Shown one piece after another: positions 52,707 to 62,655 of a DNA stretch of 64,000 nt; the stretch's first letter is position 1, and each line of letters begins with the position of its first letter. Made by a program: the position numbers and the translations under genes. Source of the stretch: Myxococcales bacterium (lineage in GTDB: Bacteria > Myxococcota_A > Polyangia > Polyangiales > DASUME01); the NCBI GenBank assembly GCA_047601445.1, contig JASGJH010000001.1, positions 8,992,001 through 9,056,000 on the forward strand, written 5' to 3'. Below the pieces are notes generated by a model. The model had not been told where the DNA came from and did not search any database. It worked only from the letters and a program-made list of their open reading frames with translations.

Positions 52707-54332
52707 TCACTCGAGGGTCACGTCCGGAAGGGCGTCCGGCTCAGCGGCCCCGAAGAATACCTGACGCTCCCCGCCATAGATGTCCGTGTAGCCGTCTCGG
52801 TTCAGGTCGCCGACGAAGCTGGAACAAACGGGCAGGACCAAGTCGGGCGTCTCGCGAAGACTCGCGCCGCCAAAATACAAGTTGCCGCCGCCGCCCGAGG
52901 AGCACGTCAGCAGGTCGGGGAAGCCATCCCCGTTGAAGTCACCGAACCCGGCGAGAGACTGATCGGGCAGCCCCAGCGCGACGTCCCCATAGAAGGCGGA
53001 TCCGCCCAAGCGAACTTCTACAGCGCCATTTTCCAGCTCGAACGCCAAATCCATGAACTGATCGCCGTTGAGATCGCTGCCGCCTCGGATCGCCCCGTGG
53101 CGCCAGCCCGGGACCACGCCGAACAGCGAACGCGCCGTGGTGCCGTCGCTCGTGGGACCGCCTGCAATCAACGACACGTTGTCCTCACCGCTTATGGGAC
53201 CAAACAATGGCGTGACGGTCAGGTCAACGTTGTCGCTCGCCACCAGGTCTGCAAAGCCATCTCCATTGATGTCACCCGCGGGGGTCATGGCGCATCGATG
53301 GCCGCCGTAGGACCACCACCCGGCGAATATGCAAGCTCCGACCGTCGAGAACTCACGCACGAGGTCCGCATAACCGTCGGCGTTGAGGTCGACATTGCCT
53401 TCGACGAGGCCTTCGAACCAACTGCCTTGGTTGCGAGGCGAACCAACCATCGTCGTGGTGCGTCGCGTCCAGCTCGCGCCCCCATAGAGGACGTGCGCGA
53501 TTTCTGCGGGATCCCAGGTGGGCGACGGGCGATCGATGACGGCGAAATCAGCGAAGCCGTCCGCGTCGAAATCGCCGATGTCGTAGTTGCCGCGGAACAT
53601 GTGGTAGTAGTCACCGTCCTTGCCGATGTCGAGCGTGATGTTCTCGTCGGGTAGGCCGTCGAAGTCCGGGCCACCTAGATAGGTTCGGAAATGGCCTCTC
53701 CGGACCCCCTCCGCGTCGACAATCTCGGACCCAGCATCCAGGAGAAGGTCCGCATAGCCGTCTCCGTTGTAGTCGTTGAATCGTCGGTCCACGTCCACGT
53801 AGATCACGGGAGACCACGCATCGCAGCTGCTCTCCGTGCAAGCACGGTGACGCCAGTAGTAGCGCCGCCCGACCGGTGGCTCATCGTTGGCGGGTAGCGC
53901 GGTTGCCGGCGTGTAAATGGGCGCCGCTAGCGCAGTCTCGTGGATCTCCGGACTCTCGAAGGCGCACTCGGCAAAACCCGGCGTCACACAGGTGTCGTCG
54001 ACATCGAGCTCGTAGCGCGTCGCTCCAGCAGAAGCGGGCCAGTGGAATGTGGGCCTGCGTGCCAAGCGACCCAGCGTGTCGCCGGTGAGCTCGCCCGAGT
54101 AGGGGCGCACGCCAGGGGGTAAGGGCTGCGCCGTACTCGCATCCGCTTCGCTCGCGTCGCGCGGTCCGGCGTCGCGCGGTCCGGCGTCGCGCGTCATCCC
54201 ATCCGGGCCGGCATCGGCAGCGTCCGGGTCGAGCCCGCCGTCGGGGTGTCCTGTCTTCGTTCGCGCTCGCATCGGATCGTCAGCCCCTAGGTCGCACCCC
54301 GACGCGGCTCCGAGCAACAGACCCCATGCCAT
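52707..54332 (-). CDS. FG-GAP (integrin-alpha-like) repeat lipoprotein; start may be further upstream
   Basis: ASGC lipobox; repeated D(F/I/L)NGDG(Y/F)xDL Ca-binding motifs; Fn3-like YYWR segment. Confidence 0.85.
   Translation of the reverse strand: MAWGLLLGAASGCDLGADDPMRARTKTGHPDGGLDPDAADAGPDGMTRDAGPRDAGPRDASEADASTAQPLPPGVRPYSGELTGDTLGRLARRPTFHWPASAGATRYELDVDDTCVTPGFAECAFESPEIHETALAAPIYTPATALPANDEPPVGRRYYWRHRACTESSCDAWSPVIYVDVDRRFNDYNGDGYADLLLDAGSEIVDAEGVRRGHFRTYLGGPDFDGLPDENITLDIGKDGDYYHMFRGNYDIGDFDADGFADFAVIDRPSPTWDPAEIAHVLYGGASWTRRTTTMVGSPRNQGSWFEGLVEGNVDLNADGYADLVREFSTVGACIFAGWWSYGGHRCAMTPAGDINGDGFADLVASDNVDLTVTPLFGPISGEDNVSLIAGGPTSDGTTARSLFGVVPGWRHGAIRGGSDLNGDQFMDLAFELENGAVEVRLGGSAFYGDVALGLPDQSLAGFGDFNGDGFPDLLTCSSGGGGNLYFGGASLRETPDLVLPVCSSFVGDLNRDGYTDIYGGERQVFFGAAEPDALPDVTLE
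54154..54193. repeat. 15-bp coding tandem repeat (RDAGP, about 2.7 copies)
   Basis: GCGTCGCGCGGTCCG twice, plus a partial third copy. Confidence 0.85.
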
Positions 54333-54915
54333 GCCGACGCGCCCCCAGGCCCGCGCGCCTCGCGCCGAGAGCCCAAGAGTGGGCTCCTGAATGATGAGAC
54401 TTCTTCGCTCCACTTTGCCTCTCCCGCGCATCACCATCGGAAGGTCCGTTCTGAAGATTGGGCGAAGCCATCGACCGGGAATGCGTTCGATGGCCCCCGT
54501 CCCCGGTCTCCGCCGCCTGTTCTTTCCGGTCGGCCCCAACATGCACCGCAAACGAAGCGATTCCCGGCGCCGGGGTGAGCGGGGGAGCGACGCAGGGGCC
54601 GGGTGACCCGACCATGGGACACGTCAGTCCCCCTTTCGCGCCGATCGCCTCGAGCCCGTACTCTTTGCTGCTACGCGTCATGAAGCCGTGCTGCCCAGTT
54701 GCCATCTGAAAGGCGAATTGCGGTCACAATCTCGCGACCTTGCGCGCACATACCCACATCCAAGGGCTTGTTGATGGGCTGTGGATAAAGTTCGAAATGC
54801 GGTTCCTTTCCCGTCTGATCGCCGGCTTTCGAATTGTGAATTGTGATCTGCGACTGAAACATCGATTTGTCGTGGATTGGCGGCCGTTTGTGGGGCGTGT
54901 TACGTGCGTTGCACC

Positions 54916-55780
54916 GTGAGAGAACCGTCCGAGTCCGCGCCCAATCTCGCTGTTTTTGCCGATTTCGAGAACGTCGCTCTCGGAGTTCGGGACGCCAAGT
55001 ACCCGAGCTTCGACATCGACTTGGTGCTCCAGCGCCTCCTCGACAAGGGCAACGTGGTGGTCAAGAAGGCCTACTGCGACTGGGAGCGCTACCGCACGTC
55101 GGTGCGCCAGCTGCACGAGGCGGCTTTCGAGCTCATCGCGATCCCCCACGTCTCCTACTCCGGCAAGAACTCCGCCGATATCCGCCTGGTCGTGGACGCG
55201 CTCGACCTCTGTTACACGAAGGCCCACGTCGACGTGTTCGTGATCATCTCGGGCGACAGCGACTTCTCGCCCCTGGTCAGCAAGCTGCGCGAGAACAACA
55301 AGCAGGTCATCGGCCTCGGAGTGAAGAACTCCTCGAGCGACCTGCTCATCGATAACTGCGACGAGTTCATCTATTACGACGACCTGGTGCGCGACAAACA
55401 GCGTCCCAAGGGCGCGACCAAGGCCAAGAAGGCCAAGAATCACGGTGCCGCCACAAAAGAGCATTCCGGCGGCGGACGGCGGCGGGCGCGTGCAGCACGC
55501 CAAGCGCGAGCCGGAGAGCGCCGAGGACGCCAAGCTGGAGGCCATCGAGCTCGTGCTCGAGACCGTGGAGGGCCTGTTCCGCGAGCGCGAAGGCAACCTG
55601 TGGGGCTCGATGGTCAAGCAGACGCTGAAGCGCAAGCGCCCCATGTTCAACGAGAGCTACCACGGCTACGAGAGCTTCACGCAGCTGTTGGAAGACGCCC
55701 AAGAACGGGGGCTACTCAAGCTACAGAAGGAACCCAAATCGGGGGGGTACGTGATCCTCGGTTTCGGACCCGAAGCCTGA
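54916..55780 (+). CDS. NYN (LabA/PIN-like) domain protein with C-terminal OST-HTH/LOTUS domain, split by a 1-nt frameshift near 55438
   Basis: FADFENV, GKNSADIRL, SGDSDFSPL; WGSMVKQTLKRKRPMFNESYHGYESFTQLLEDA in the next frame. Confidence 0.88.
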
Positions 55781-56013
55781 GCTTCTCGAGCCGTCTCTGA
55801 TTTGTCTCGCTGGGGCTGCGCCCGCGGCGTCGACGTGTGTTATGTGGATCACCGCCCTCCGGCCCGTGTGAATCCGAACGCGCGGGGCACGGTCATTCGG
55901 GAACTTGCCCGGAGACCGCGGTTTCTGACGAGGGCGCTTCGCGCTTTCGCGCGGCATGTCTCGGGTGGTTGCGGGTGCGCTCTGGCGGGCGCCTTGGACG
56001 GAGAAAAGAAGAT

Positions 56014-56628
56014 ATGCGTTCGATGTACTTGATGGCCGTGGTGGGCGCGCTTTGCCTGGGTGGTCTGACGGCCGGTGCGAGCACGGCCGAGGCGCAGGCC
56101 AAGAAGTTCAAGGTGGAGCCGGCGGCGAGTCAGATCCAGTTCGTTTCGGACGCGCCGCTCGAGAAATTCACGGGCACGCTGAGCAATCCCACAGGCCACC
56201 TTACGGTGGATCCCAACAAGCCGAGCGACGCCAAGGGCAGCGTGAAGGTGGAGATCCACACCATCAAGACCGGCATCGAGCTGCGCGATGAGCACGTGCA
56301 GAACGAGAGCTGGCTCGATGCCAAGAAGTTCCCGCACGCCGACTTCGTGATCACCAAGGTGAGCGGCATCGACAAGCTCAAGGCCGGCGAGTCGGTCGAG
56401 GCCACGGTGACCGGTAAGTTCACGCTGCACGGTGTGACGCAGGAGGTCACGACCAAGGCCAAGGTCCGCTACACCCCCGCCGAGGCTGGCAAGGGAGAGG
56501 CTTTGCGCATCGTTGGTTCCTTCACCATCAAGCTCGAGGACCACAAGGTCTCGATCCCCAAGATCGTTGCCCTCAAGGTGTCACCGGATATCGTGGTGAA
56601 CATCGATCTACGCGCCGCAGCAGAGTAA
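56014..56628 (+). CDS. YceI-family periplasmic lipid/isoprenoid-binding protein
   Basis: Signal peptide ending AEA; TGIELRDEH..WLDAKKFP..F, GKFTLHGVT. Confidence 0.92.
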   Translation: MRSMYLMAVVGALCLGGLTAGASTAEAQAKKFKVEPAASQIQFVSDAPLEKFTGTLSNPTGHLTVDPNKPSDAKGSVKVEIHTIKTGIELRDEHVQNESWLDAKKFPHADFVITKVSGIDKLKAGESVEATVTGKFTLHGVTQEVTTKAKVRYTPAEAGKGEALRIVGSFTIKLEDHKVSIPKIVALKVSPDIVVNIDLRAAAE

Positions 56629-56748
56629 GCGAAATCGCAAGGGTTTCCGGCTCCGCACAGGTTTCTGTGGCGTTTCCATTTCAAACTTCTCATGACAATG
56701 GAAAATCGCCTTGTGCTCCCCAATCGGAACGCACACGATGTATCGATA

Positions 56749-56834
56749 GGGTGGTCACTAAGTCGTTGTCGTAATCAGAGCCACAGGGATTGTTGAGACT
56801 TCGTGGCCGCCCCGAAGCGTGCGTCACCGACGCA
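56749..56834 (+). ncRNA. Candidate structured leader RNA (long hairpin plus short hairpin)
   Basis: GGGTGGTCAC/GTGGCCGCCC, AAGTC/GACTT and an inner stem with G.U pairs; TGCGTC-ACC-GACGCA just before the SD. Confidence 0.4.
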
Positions 56835-56848
56835 GTAGGGAGGCGACT

Positions 56849-57112
56849 ATGATGCTCGAGCGGCACTCCTGGCCTGATGTCGATGGATTACCCGTGAGCG
56901 TGGGAGACTGGATCGAAGTCTTCTGCAGCTGGACCCACGATCCCAAGTTCGATGGTCGCGCTGTCCAGGTCGTGGACATCTTGCGTGGCGGACGCGGAGT
57001 CGTGTTCAGGCTCTATGACCCGCAGGCTGCCGATGCCTCCCATTTGTACGTGTTGGCGGACGGTCACGGCTACCGTCGCGTGAGCTTCACGGCGCCGCGC
57101 GAGCTCAACTAG
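56849..57112 (+). CDS. Small hypothetical protein (87 aa, possibly SH3/KOW-like)
   Basis: AGGGAGG SD; VSVGDWIEV..FDGRAVQVVDI. Confidence 0.7.
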   Translation: MMLERHSWPDVDGLPVSVGDWIEVFCSWTHDPKFDGRAVQVVDILRGGRGVVFRLYDPQAADASHLYVLADGHGYRRVSFTAPRELN

Positions 57113-57178
57113 CGCGGTCGTCCGGTCGAAGCGGACGCATCGACTCGCGAGCAGCAGGAACGGGACCTGGAGGCCTGG

Positions 57179-58534
57179 CTACTCGTCGCCTTGCGGCTTT
57201 ACGGAGGCGATCCAGGCGTCGTAGTCGCCCGCGTAACCGACCTTGCTCCAGAGCGCACGCACGCCCTCGTGGATGCGGCCGATCGCCTCGGGCGAGAGAG
57301 CCGGGCGTGCCGCCACCGCGGCATCCAGCGTGACCGCCGCGGCAGCGCGTGCGGCGGCGTGGGCCGAGTCCAGCGAGAACTCGCCGTCGAGACCGAGGTA
57401 GCGGAGGACCTGCTTGGAAATCTCCGCCGAGCTCTTGCGGCTTTCTTTGATGTTGCCCTTGCCGGTGAGCACGTTGCCCAGACCGAACACGTGATCGAGT
57501 CCGCGTACTGCGCCAGTGTCCCAGTCGGCGTAGTCCACGAGCTCGCCCTTCATGGGCAGGCCCTCGACGGGCGTGGGTACCGAGCCGATAGAACTCACCA
57601 CGAGGGGACTGCGCACGTCGACGACATCGCCGGGGATAGACTCGAGCTTGCCTTGGTTGGTGCGCGTGCGCTGGAAGCGAATGCCGACGAGGCGCCCATT
57701 CTCCAGCATGGGCTCGAGGGGCGAGTGATTACCGGCGAAGCGCACGAGGTACTTCTCCGTGACTTTGTCCATCACCTTGGCGCGTACCTGGGCGACCTTG
57801 GCCAGTTGCTCGGGCGTGGCGTTGTCGGGCGCCGAGGCCAGCGGCATCGCGGACTTCTCGCGGCGGTAGTAGAGAGTTGCGCCCTTGAGACCCAGGTCTG
57901 CCGCACTCAACGCGTGCTTGGCGAGGGTCTCCGGAATGCCCGCGTGCTCGAGGTCGAGCGTGGTCACGCGGATGCCGCGCGCCGCGAGCGCACGCTTGTA
58001 GAGCTCGCAGTTGATGATCTTGGCGACGTCGATGGAGGCCAGGCCTCCGCCGATCACCGCGGCGCCGTCGTGGACCTCGAAGTGCTGGCCGGAAAAGCCC
58101 TGGTCTGGGTAGTGGTTGTACCAGTAGACGAAGGGATTTTGATACACGAGGCCCGGGGCTTCCGAGGCGGGCGAATCGCCGAACAACGGTCGATCGCGCC
58201 AGGCGCCGCTGGCCAGCAGCACGGCGTTCACGCCCCATGCATGCAGCAGCGTATCGAGGGTGACGTCGCGGCCTAGCTTGGTGCGCGGCACGAACAACAC
58301 GCCGGATTTGGCGAGATTGCGGCCGATCTGGGCGTACTCCTTGTCCCGGAGCTTCTCGTGCCAGCGGGGCAAACCGTCCTCGATTTTGCCGAACGGACGC
58401 TCGTTTTGCTCGAGCACGATGGCGAGGATCCCGCGGTCTGCACACAGGCTCGCGGCTTCCGAACCGGCCACTGCGCCACCGACGATTGCGACCACGTGGC
58501 GAGGGCGGTCAGGGGTGGAAAATTCGTAGGCCAT
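57179..58534 (-). CDS. FAD/NAD(P)H-dependent oxidoreductase (ferredoxin-NADP reductase/GltD-like)
   Basis: IVGGAVAG, PFGKIEDGLP, VIGGGLASIDVA, YYRR, GKGNI. Confidence 0.85.
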   Translation of the reverse strand: MAYEFSTPDRPRHVVAIVGGAVAGSEAASLCADRGILAIVLEQNERPFGKIEDGLPRWHEKLRDKEYAQIGRNLAKSGVLFVPRTKLGRDVTLDTLLHAWGVNAVLLASGAWRDRPLFGDSPASEAPGLVYQNPFVYWYNHYPDQGFSGQHFEVHDGAAVIGGGLASIDVAKIINCELYKRALAARGIRVTTLDLEHAGIPETLAKHALSAADLGLKGATLYYRREKSAMPLASAPDNATPEQLAKVAQVRAKVMDKVTEKYLVRFAGNHSPLEPMLENGRLVGIRFQRTRTNQGKLESIPGDVVDVRSPLVVSSIGSVPTPVEGLPMKGELVDYADWDTGAVRGLDHVFGLGNVLTGKGNIKESRKSSAEISKQVLRYLGLDGEFSLDSAHAAARAAAAVTLDAAVAARPALSPEAIGRIHEGVRALWSKVGYAGDYDAWIASVKPQGDE

Positions 58535-58755
58535 GCAAGGTGTTGACTCTAAGGGAGTGCTCCCGGCGCACAAGTAAAATCGGCTGCCGCTACCCCCCGG
58601 CTCGAAACCGTTCACCCACCCCTTATGCCCGCTCGCCGCAAACTGGACCCGTAGCCCATCCGGCTTGGTAATCCTCTACCACTGGTTATCCGGAACCTGG
58701 GTCAACCGGCAGACTTTTCGGGCGAGGCCGCCCGCATCCACACGAGGCTTAGAGC

Positions 58756-60261
58756 ATGGCAACGGACAGCACGGACATCGGGATCAGCGGGTTTGCGGTG
58801 TATGCCCCGCCCTTCAGGGTGTCGCTCGAGCGTTGGTGCGAGTGGACCGGGAACCCCTGGGATAAGGTCTCGTCGGTGGTCGGCAGTGGTTTCCGCCAGC
58901 CTGGGCCCCACGAGAGCATCTACACGATGGCGGCCAACGCCGCGCTGCGCTTGATCGACCAGTACCAGATCGATCCGCGCGAGGTGGGCTACTTTGCCTT
59001 CGGAACCGAGTCGAGCACCGACAACGCGGCTGGCGCGGTGATCGTGCGGGGCATGGTCGACCGGGCGTTGGCTGCACGCGGACAGCCGCGGCTGTCGCGC
59101 GCCTGCGAGGTGCCGGAGCTCAAGCATGCGTGTCTGGGCGGCGTGTACGCCATCAAGGGCGCCGTGCGCTACCTCGCGACCGACGGTCGCGGCAAGAAGG
59201 CCATCGTGGTGTGCGGGGATATCGCCGAGTACGAGCGCGGTTCCAGCGGTGAGCAGACCCAGGGCGCCGGTACGGTGGCCGTGTTGCTCGAGCAGAACCC
59301 CAAGCTTTGCAAGGTCGACTTGCGCAACTCGGGCTCTTCCTCGGACTACCGGGGCCTCGACTTCCGCAAGCCCGTGAGCCGGCACTTCGCCGACGAATAC
59401 GCGCCCAACACGCACCGCTACGCGGACTTTCCGGTGTTCAACGGGAAGTACTCCACGTTCTGCTACCTCGACGCGGTGACCCACGCGGCCAGTGCGATGT
59501 TCGAGCGGCTCGGCGTGGAGCCCAAGGCGTTCTACGAGGGGGTCGCCGGCATCTTCATGCACCGGCCCTACCACTGGATGCCGGTCAACGGCATGACGGC
59601 CATGTTCGTGTGGGGCTTGGCCGACAGCGAAGAAGGTCGTCGTGAGCTCGCCGCGTTGGCGGACCAGGCGCGTGTGTCACTCGACGCCGTGCTGGCCGAG
59701 ATCCGTGAGAGTCGTGACCTCCTGGACGGTGCTTTGAGCCAGGGCATCGACTCCGATCCCTACCCGAATGCAAGCGCCGTGGTGAAGGCGGCCCGCAGTT
59801 CGGCGTCGCTCAAGAACATCCTCAAGAACAAGATGCGCCTCGGCTCCGAGGGCATGCGCGAGCTCGGCAACCTGTACACGGCCGCGTTGCCTGCCTGGCT
59901 GGCGGCGGGCTTCGAGGAAGCGCGCACCGAGGGCGCGGACCTGGCCGGCAAGACCTTGCTCGCCGTGGGCTACGGCAGCGGCGACGCGGCCGAGGCGATT
60001 CCGCTCCAGGTGGTGGAGGGCTGGCAGGAAGCGGCCGGCAAGATCGGCTTCGCGCGAGCCCTCGCGGGTGCGGTCGACCTGACGCGAGAGCAGTATGAGA
60101 AGCGTCACGATGGCTTCGAAGTGGACGTGCCCTACGAGGCGCGCGGTGCCTTCGTGGTGGAGCGCGTCGGGCAGCGCTTGAGCGGCGATCTGCTCGACAT
60201 CGGCATCGAGTACTACCGCTACATTCCGCAGGCCGGCGAAATCGCCAACGCCGCGGAGTGA
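58756..60261 (+). CDS. Hydroxymethylglutaryl-CoA synthase family protein
   Basis: GTESSTD, ELKHACLGG (catalytic Cys), GEQTQGAG, DFRKP, HRPY, GNLYTA, GYGSG. Confidence 0.9.
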   Translation: MATDSTDIGISGFAVYAPPFRVSLERWCEWTGNPWDKVSSVVGSGFRQPGPHESIYTMAANAALRLIDQYQIDPREVGYFAFGTESSTDNAAGAVIVRGMVDRALAARGQPRLSRACEVPELKHACLGGVYAIKGAVRYLATDGRGKKAIVVCGDIAEYERGSSGEQTQGAGTVAVLLEQNPKLCKVDLRNSGSSSDYRGLDFRKPVSRHFADEYAPNTHRYADFPVFNGKYSTFCYLDAVTHAASAMFERLGVEPKAFYEGVAGIFMHRPYHWMPVNGMTAMFVWGLADSEEGRRELAALADQARVSLDAVLAEIRESRDLLDGALSQGIDSDPYPNASAVVKAARSSASLKNILKNKMRLGSEGMRELGNLYTAALPAWLAAGFEEARTEGADLAGKTLLAVGYGSGDAAEAIPLQVVEGWQEAAGKIGFARALAGAVDLTREQYEKRHDGFEVDVPYEARGAFVVERVGQRLSGDLLDIGIEYYRYIPQAGEIANAAE

Positions 60262-60362
60262 GCAGCGCGAGCGGGCGCCTGTGTGCGCTTCGCTGAGCGG
60301 GCTTGCGGGGGACTGCCCCCATGACTTGCTCTTGCTCCAATGACGGGACACACCTCGGGCCC

Positions 60363-61364
60363 ATGAGTGCCTTGAGCAAGCCCATCGCGGGCAAAGTGGT
60401 GGTCACCGGCGCCAGCGGCTTCATCGGCGGGCAGCTGCGGGACGCGCTCCTCGGCAGCGGCGCCGACGTCGTCTCGTTGGTACGACCGAACTCGCCCCCG
60501 GTACGGCGTGGGCGGGGCGCGGCGGTGAACTACACGGACATGGCGGGCCTGCGCGAGTTCTTCGAGCGCGAGCGGCCGGACTACGTGTTCCATGTGGCGG
60601 GCGCGACCAAGGGCGTGACCTACGCCGATTTTCACGCGGGCAACGTGATGCCCACTGTGAACGTGATGCGCGCGCTGCGCGATACGCACCCGGAGGTCAA
60701 GCGCTTCGTCTTCGTGTCGTCACTGACCGCCTACGGACCGAGCAAGGGGCGTACGAGGCTGCGCGAGAGCGATCCACGCGAGCCCGTGGAGCACTACGGA
60801 CGCAGCAAGCTGGAAGCGGAGCTGGCGGTGGAGGCTCTGGGGGACGCGTTGCCCTGGACCATCATTCGACCGCCGACCGTATACGGGCCTGCCGAGGTCG
60901 ACATGTTCACCCTCTTCAAGGCGGCGCACTCGGGTGTGAACCTGTTCTACGGCAACCGCGAGAAGCTGGCATCGGCCGTGTACGTGGATGATCTCCTCGA
61001 CGGCATGGTGCTCGCCGCGCAGTCGGACGCAGCGGTTGGTCGCGGGTATTTCCTGACGGATGGCGAGTCGTACACGTGGGAGCAAATCCAGCGGCACATC
61101 GTGGCGGCGGTGGGCCGGCGCACGCTCACGGTGAGCCTCCCGGGGTTCCTGGTGCCTGCCGCGGGCGCGGCGGGTGAGCTGCTGACGGCCTTCGACAAGA
61201 AGCCGAGGCTCATGAATCGGCAGAAGGCCATCTTGGATGCGCAGCACGCCTGGCTGTGCTCCCACGACGCGGCCAGCAAGGACCTCGGCTACGCACCTCG
61301 CATAGGCATGGCCGAGGGAACGCGGCGTGCCTACCGCTGGTACCAGGAGAATGGCTGGCTCTGA
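60363..61364 (+). CDS. NAD-dependent epimerase/dehydratase
   Basis: VTGASGFIG, FVSSLTAYG, YGRSK, RPPTVYGP. Confidence 0.92.
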   Translation: MSALSKPIAGKVVVTGASGFIGGQLRDALLGSGADVVSLVRPNSPPVRRGRGAAVNYTDMAGLREFFERERPDYVFHVAGATKGVTYADFHAGNVMPTVNVMRALRDTHPEVKRFVFVSSLTAYGPSKGRTRLRESDPREPVEHYGRSKLEAELAVEALGDALPWTIIRPPTVYGPAEVDMFTLFKAAHSGVNLFYGNREKLASAVYVDDLLDGMVLAAQSDAAVGRGYFLTDGESYTWEQIQRHIVAAVGRRTLTVSLPGFLVPAAGAAGELLTAFDKKPRLMNRQKAILDAQHAWLCSHDAASKDLGYAPRIGMAEGTRRAYRWYQENGWL

Positions 61365-61438
61365 TCAGTTCGGCGTCCAGAACGCGCCAAGGCGTCAGGA
61401 CGCGTGCGGCTCGAGCAACTGACTCGTACGCGCGCTGA

Positions 61439-61822
61439 TCAGTTCAGCGTGTACGGCATGCTCAGCGAAAACGGCGCGATGGTGGCGCGAAACACGCTGT
61501 CGTCGTCGCGCTTCATTTCGTAGCTGCCGTGCATGGCGCCGTGTGGCGTGGAGAGCACGCAGCCGCTCGTGTACTCGAAATGCTGACCGGGCTCGAGCCG
61601 CGGCTGGGCTCCGACCACGCCGGGACCGCGCACTTCTTCGACGCGACCACTGCCGTGCGTGATGACCCAGTGACGACTCACGAGCTGGACCGGTCGCCGA
61701 CCTTCGTTGGTGATGCGAACCGTGTACGCGAAGACGTAGCGCTGTTGGCGCGGCGCCGATTGATCGGCGATGTAGGAACTCTTGACGCTCACGCGCACGC
61801 CTTGAGTGACCGCTTCGCTCAC
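61439..61822 (-). CDS. apaG: ApaG (Co2+/Mg2+ efflux-associated) protein
   Basis: YVFAYTVRITN, QLVSRHWVIT, GPGVVGAQP, FEYTSG. Confidence 0.96.
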   Translation of the reverse strand: MSEAVTQGVRVSVKSSYIADQSAPRQQRYVFAYTVRITNEGRRPVQLVSRHWVITHGSGRVEEVRGPGVVGAQPRLEPGQHFEYTSGCVLSTPHGAMHGSYEMKRDDDSVFRATIAPFSLSMPYTLN

Positions 61823-61854
61823 AACTCCGTGTTTACCACAGGCGGGGTATTTCT

Positions 61855-62655
61855 TCAGCGACCTTCAAAGCGCGGGGGCCGTTTTTCGAGGAGCGCTCTC
61901 ACCCCCTCCAGGTGATCGGCCGTGTTCTGTGCGATGCCTTGGTAGGTGGCCGCGGCGTTGAGCGCTTGCTCGAGGGTCATGTGCTGTGCCTGGTATGCTG
62001 CGACTTTGGTGAGGCGCACCGCCAGGGGAGCGTTGTCTGCGATCTGTTTCGCCTTGGCACGCGCCGCCGGCAACACCTCCTGCGCGGGCACCACTTGGTG
62101 CACCAGGCCGATGCGCTCCGCTTCCTCGCTGTCGATGAGACGACCGGTGAGCATCAGCTCCAGCGCGCGCGGAAAGCCCACCACGCGTGAGAGCACGAAG
62201 GCACCGCCGTCTCCGGGCACGAGCCCGAGCTTTACGAACGTGGAACCGAACTGGGCGTCTCGCGAGGCGATGCGCACGTCTCCCATGCACGCGAGGTCGA
62301 GACCCGCGCCGATGGCCGCACCGTTGAGGGCGACCACGATGGGCTTCTCGAAGCGTGCAATGCGGCGCGGGACACGATGGATGCCGTCGAGGTAGCGCTG
62401 TCGCAGTGCGGAGGGCCCACCCTCGAACATACCGGTCTTGTCCAACATGGCCTTCACGTCGCCGCCCGCGCTGAAGGTCTTGCCGGCGCCCGTCAGCACG
62501 ACGCAACGCACGTTGGCATCGGCGTCTGCCGCATCGAAGGCGGCCTCGATGCTGTGGATCATCTCGTTGCTGTAAGCGTTGCGAGCGGACTCGCGATCGA
62601 GCGTGATCTCGGCGATATGTTCCGAGACTTCGTATTTCAGGTCGACGAGCTTCAT
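61855..62655 (-). CDS. Enoyl-CoA hydratase/isomerase family protein
   Basis: FSAGGDV, NGAAIGAGLDLACMGD, LGLVPGDGG. Confidence 0.95.
   Translation of the reverse strand: MKLVDLKYEVSEHIAEITLDRESARNAYSNEMIHSIEAAFDAADADANVRCVVLTGAGKTFSAGGDVKAMLDKTGMFEGGPSALRQRYLDGIHRVPRRIARFEKPIVVALNGAAIGAGLDLACMGDVRIASRDAQFGSTFVKLGLVPGDGGAFVLSRVVGFPRALELMLTGRLIDSEEAERIGLVHQVVPAQEVLPAARAKAKQIADNAPLAVRLTKVAAYQAQHMTLEQALNAAATYQGIAQNTADHLEGVRALLEKRPPRFEGR

Noticed and set aside
54700..54915. Replication origin
   Set aside because: Only one perfect DnaA box, no unwinding element and no dnaA/dnaN nearby
55430..55500. Programmed ribosomal frameshift in the NYN gene
   Set aside because: The required shift is +1, whereas the nearby A-AAA-G would promote -1; a single-base indel is the simpler explanation
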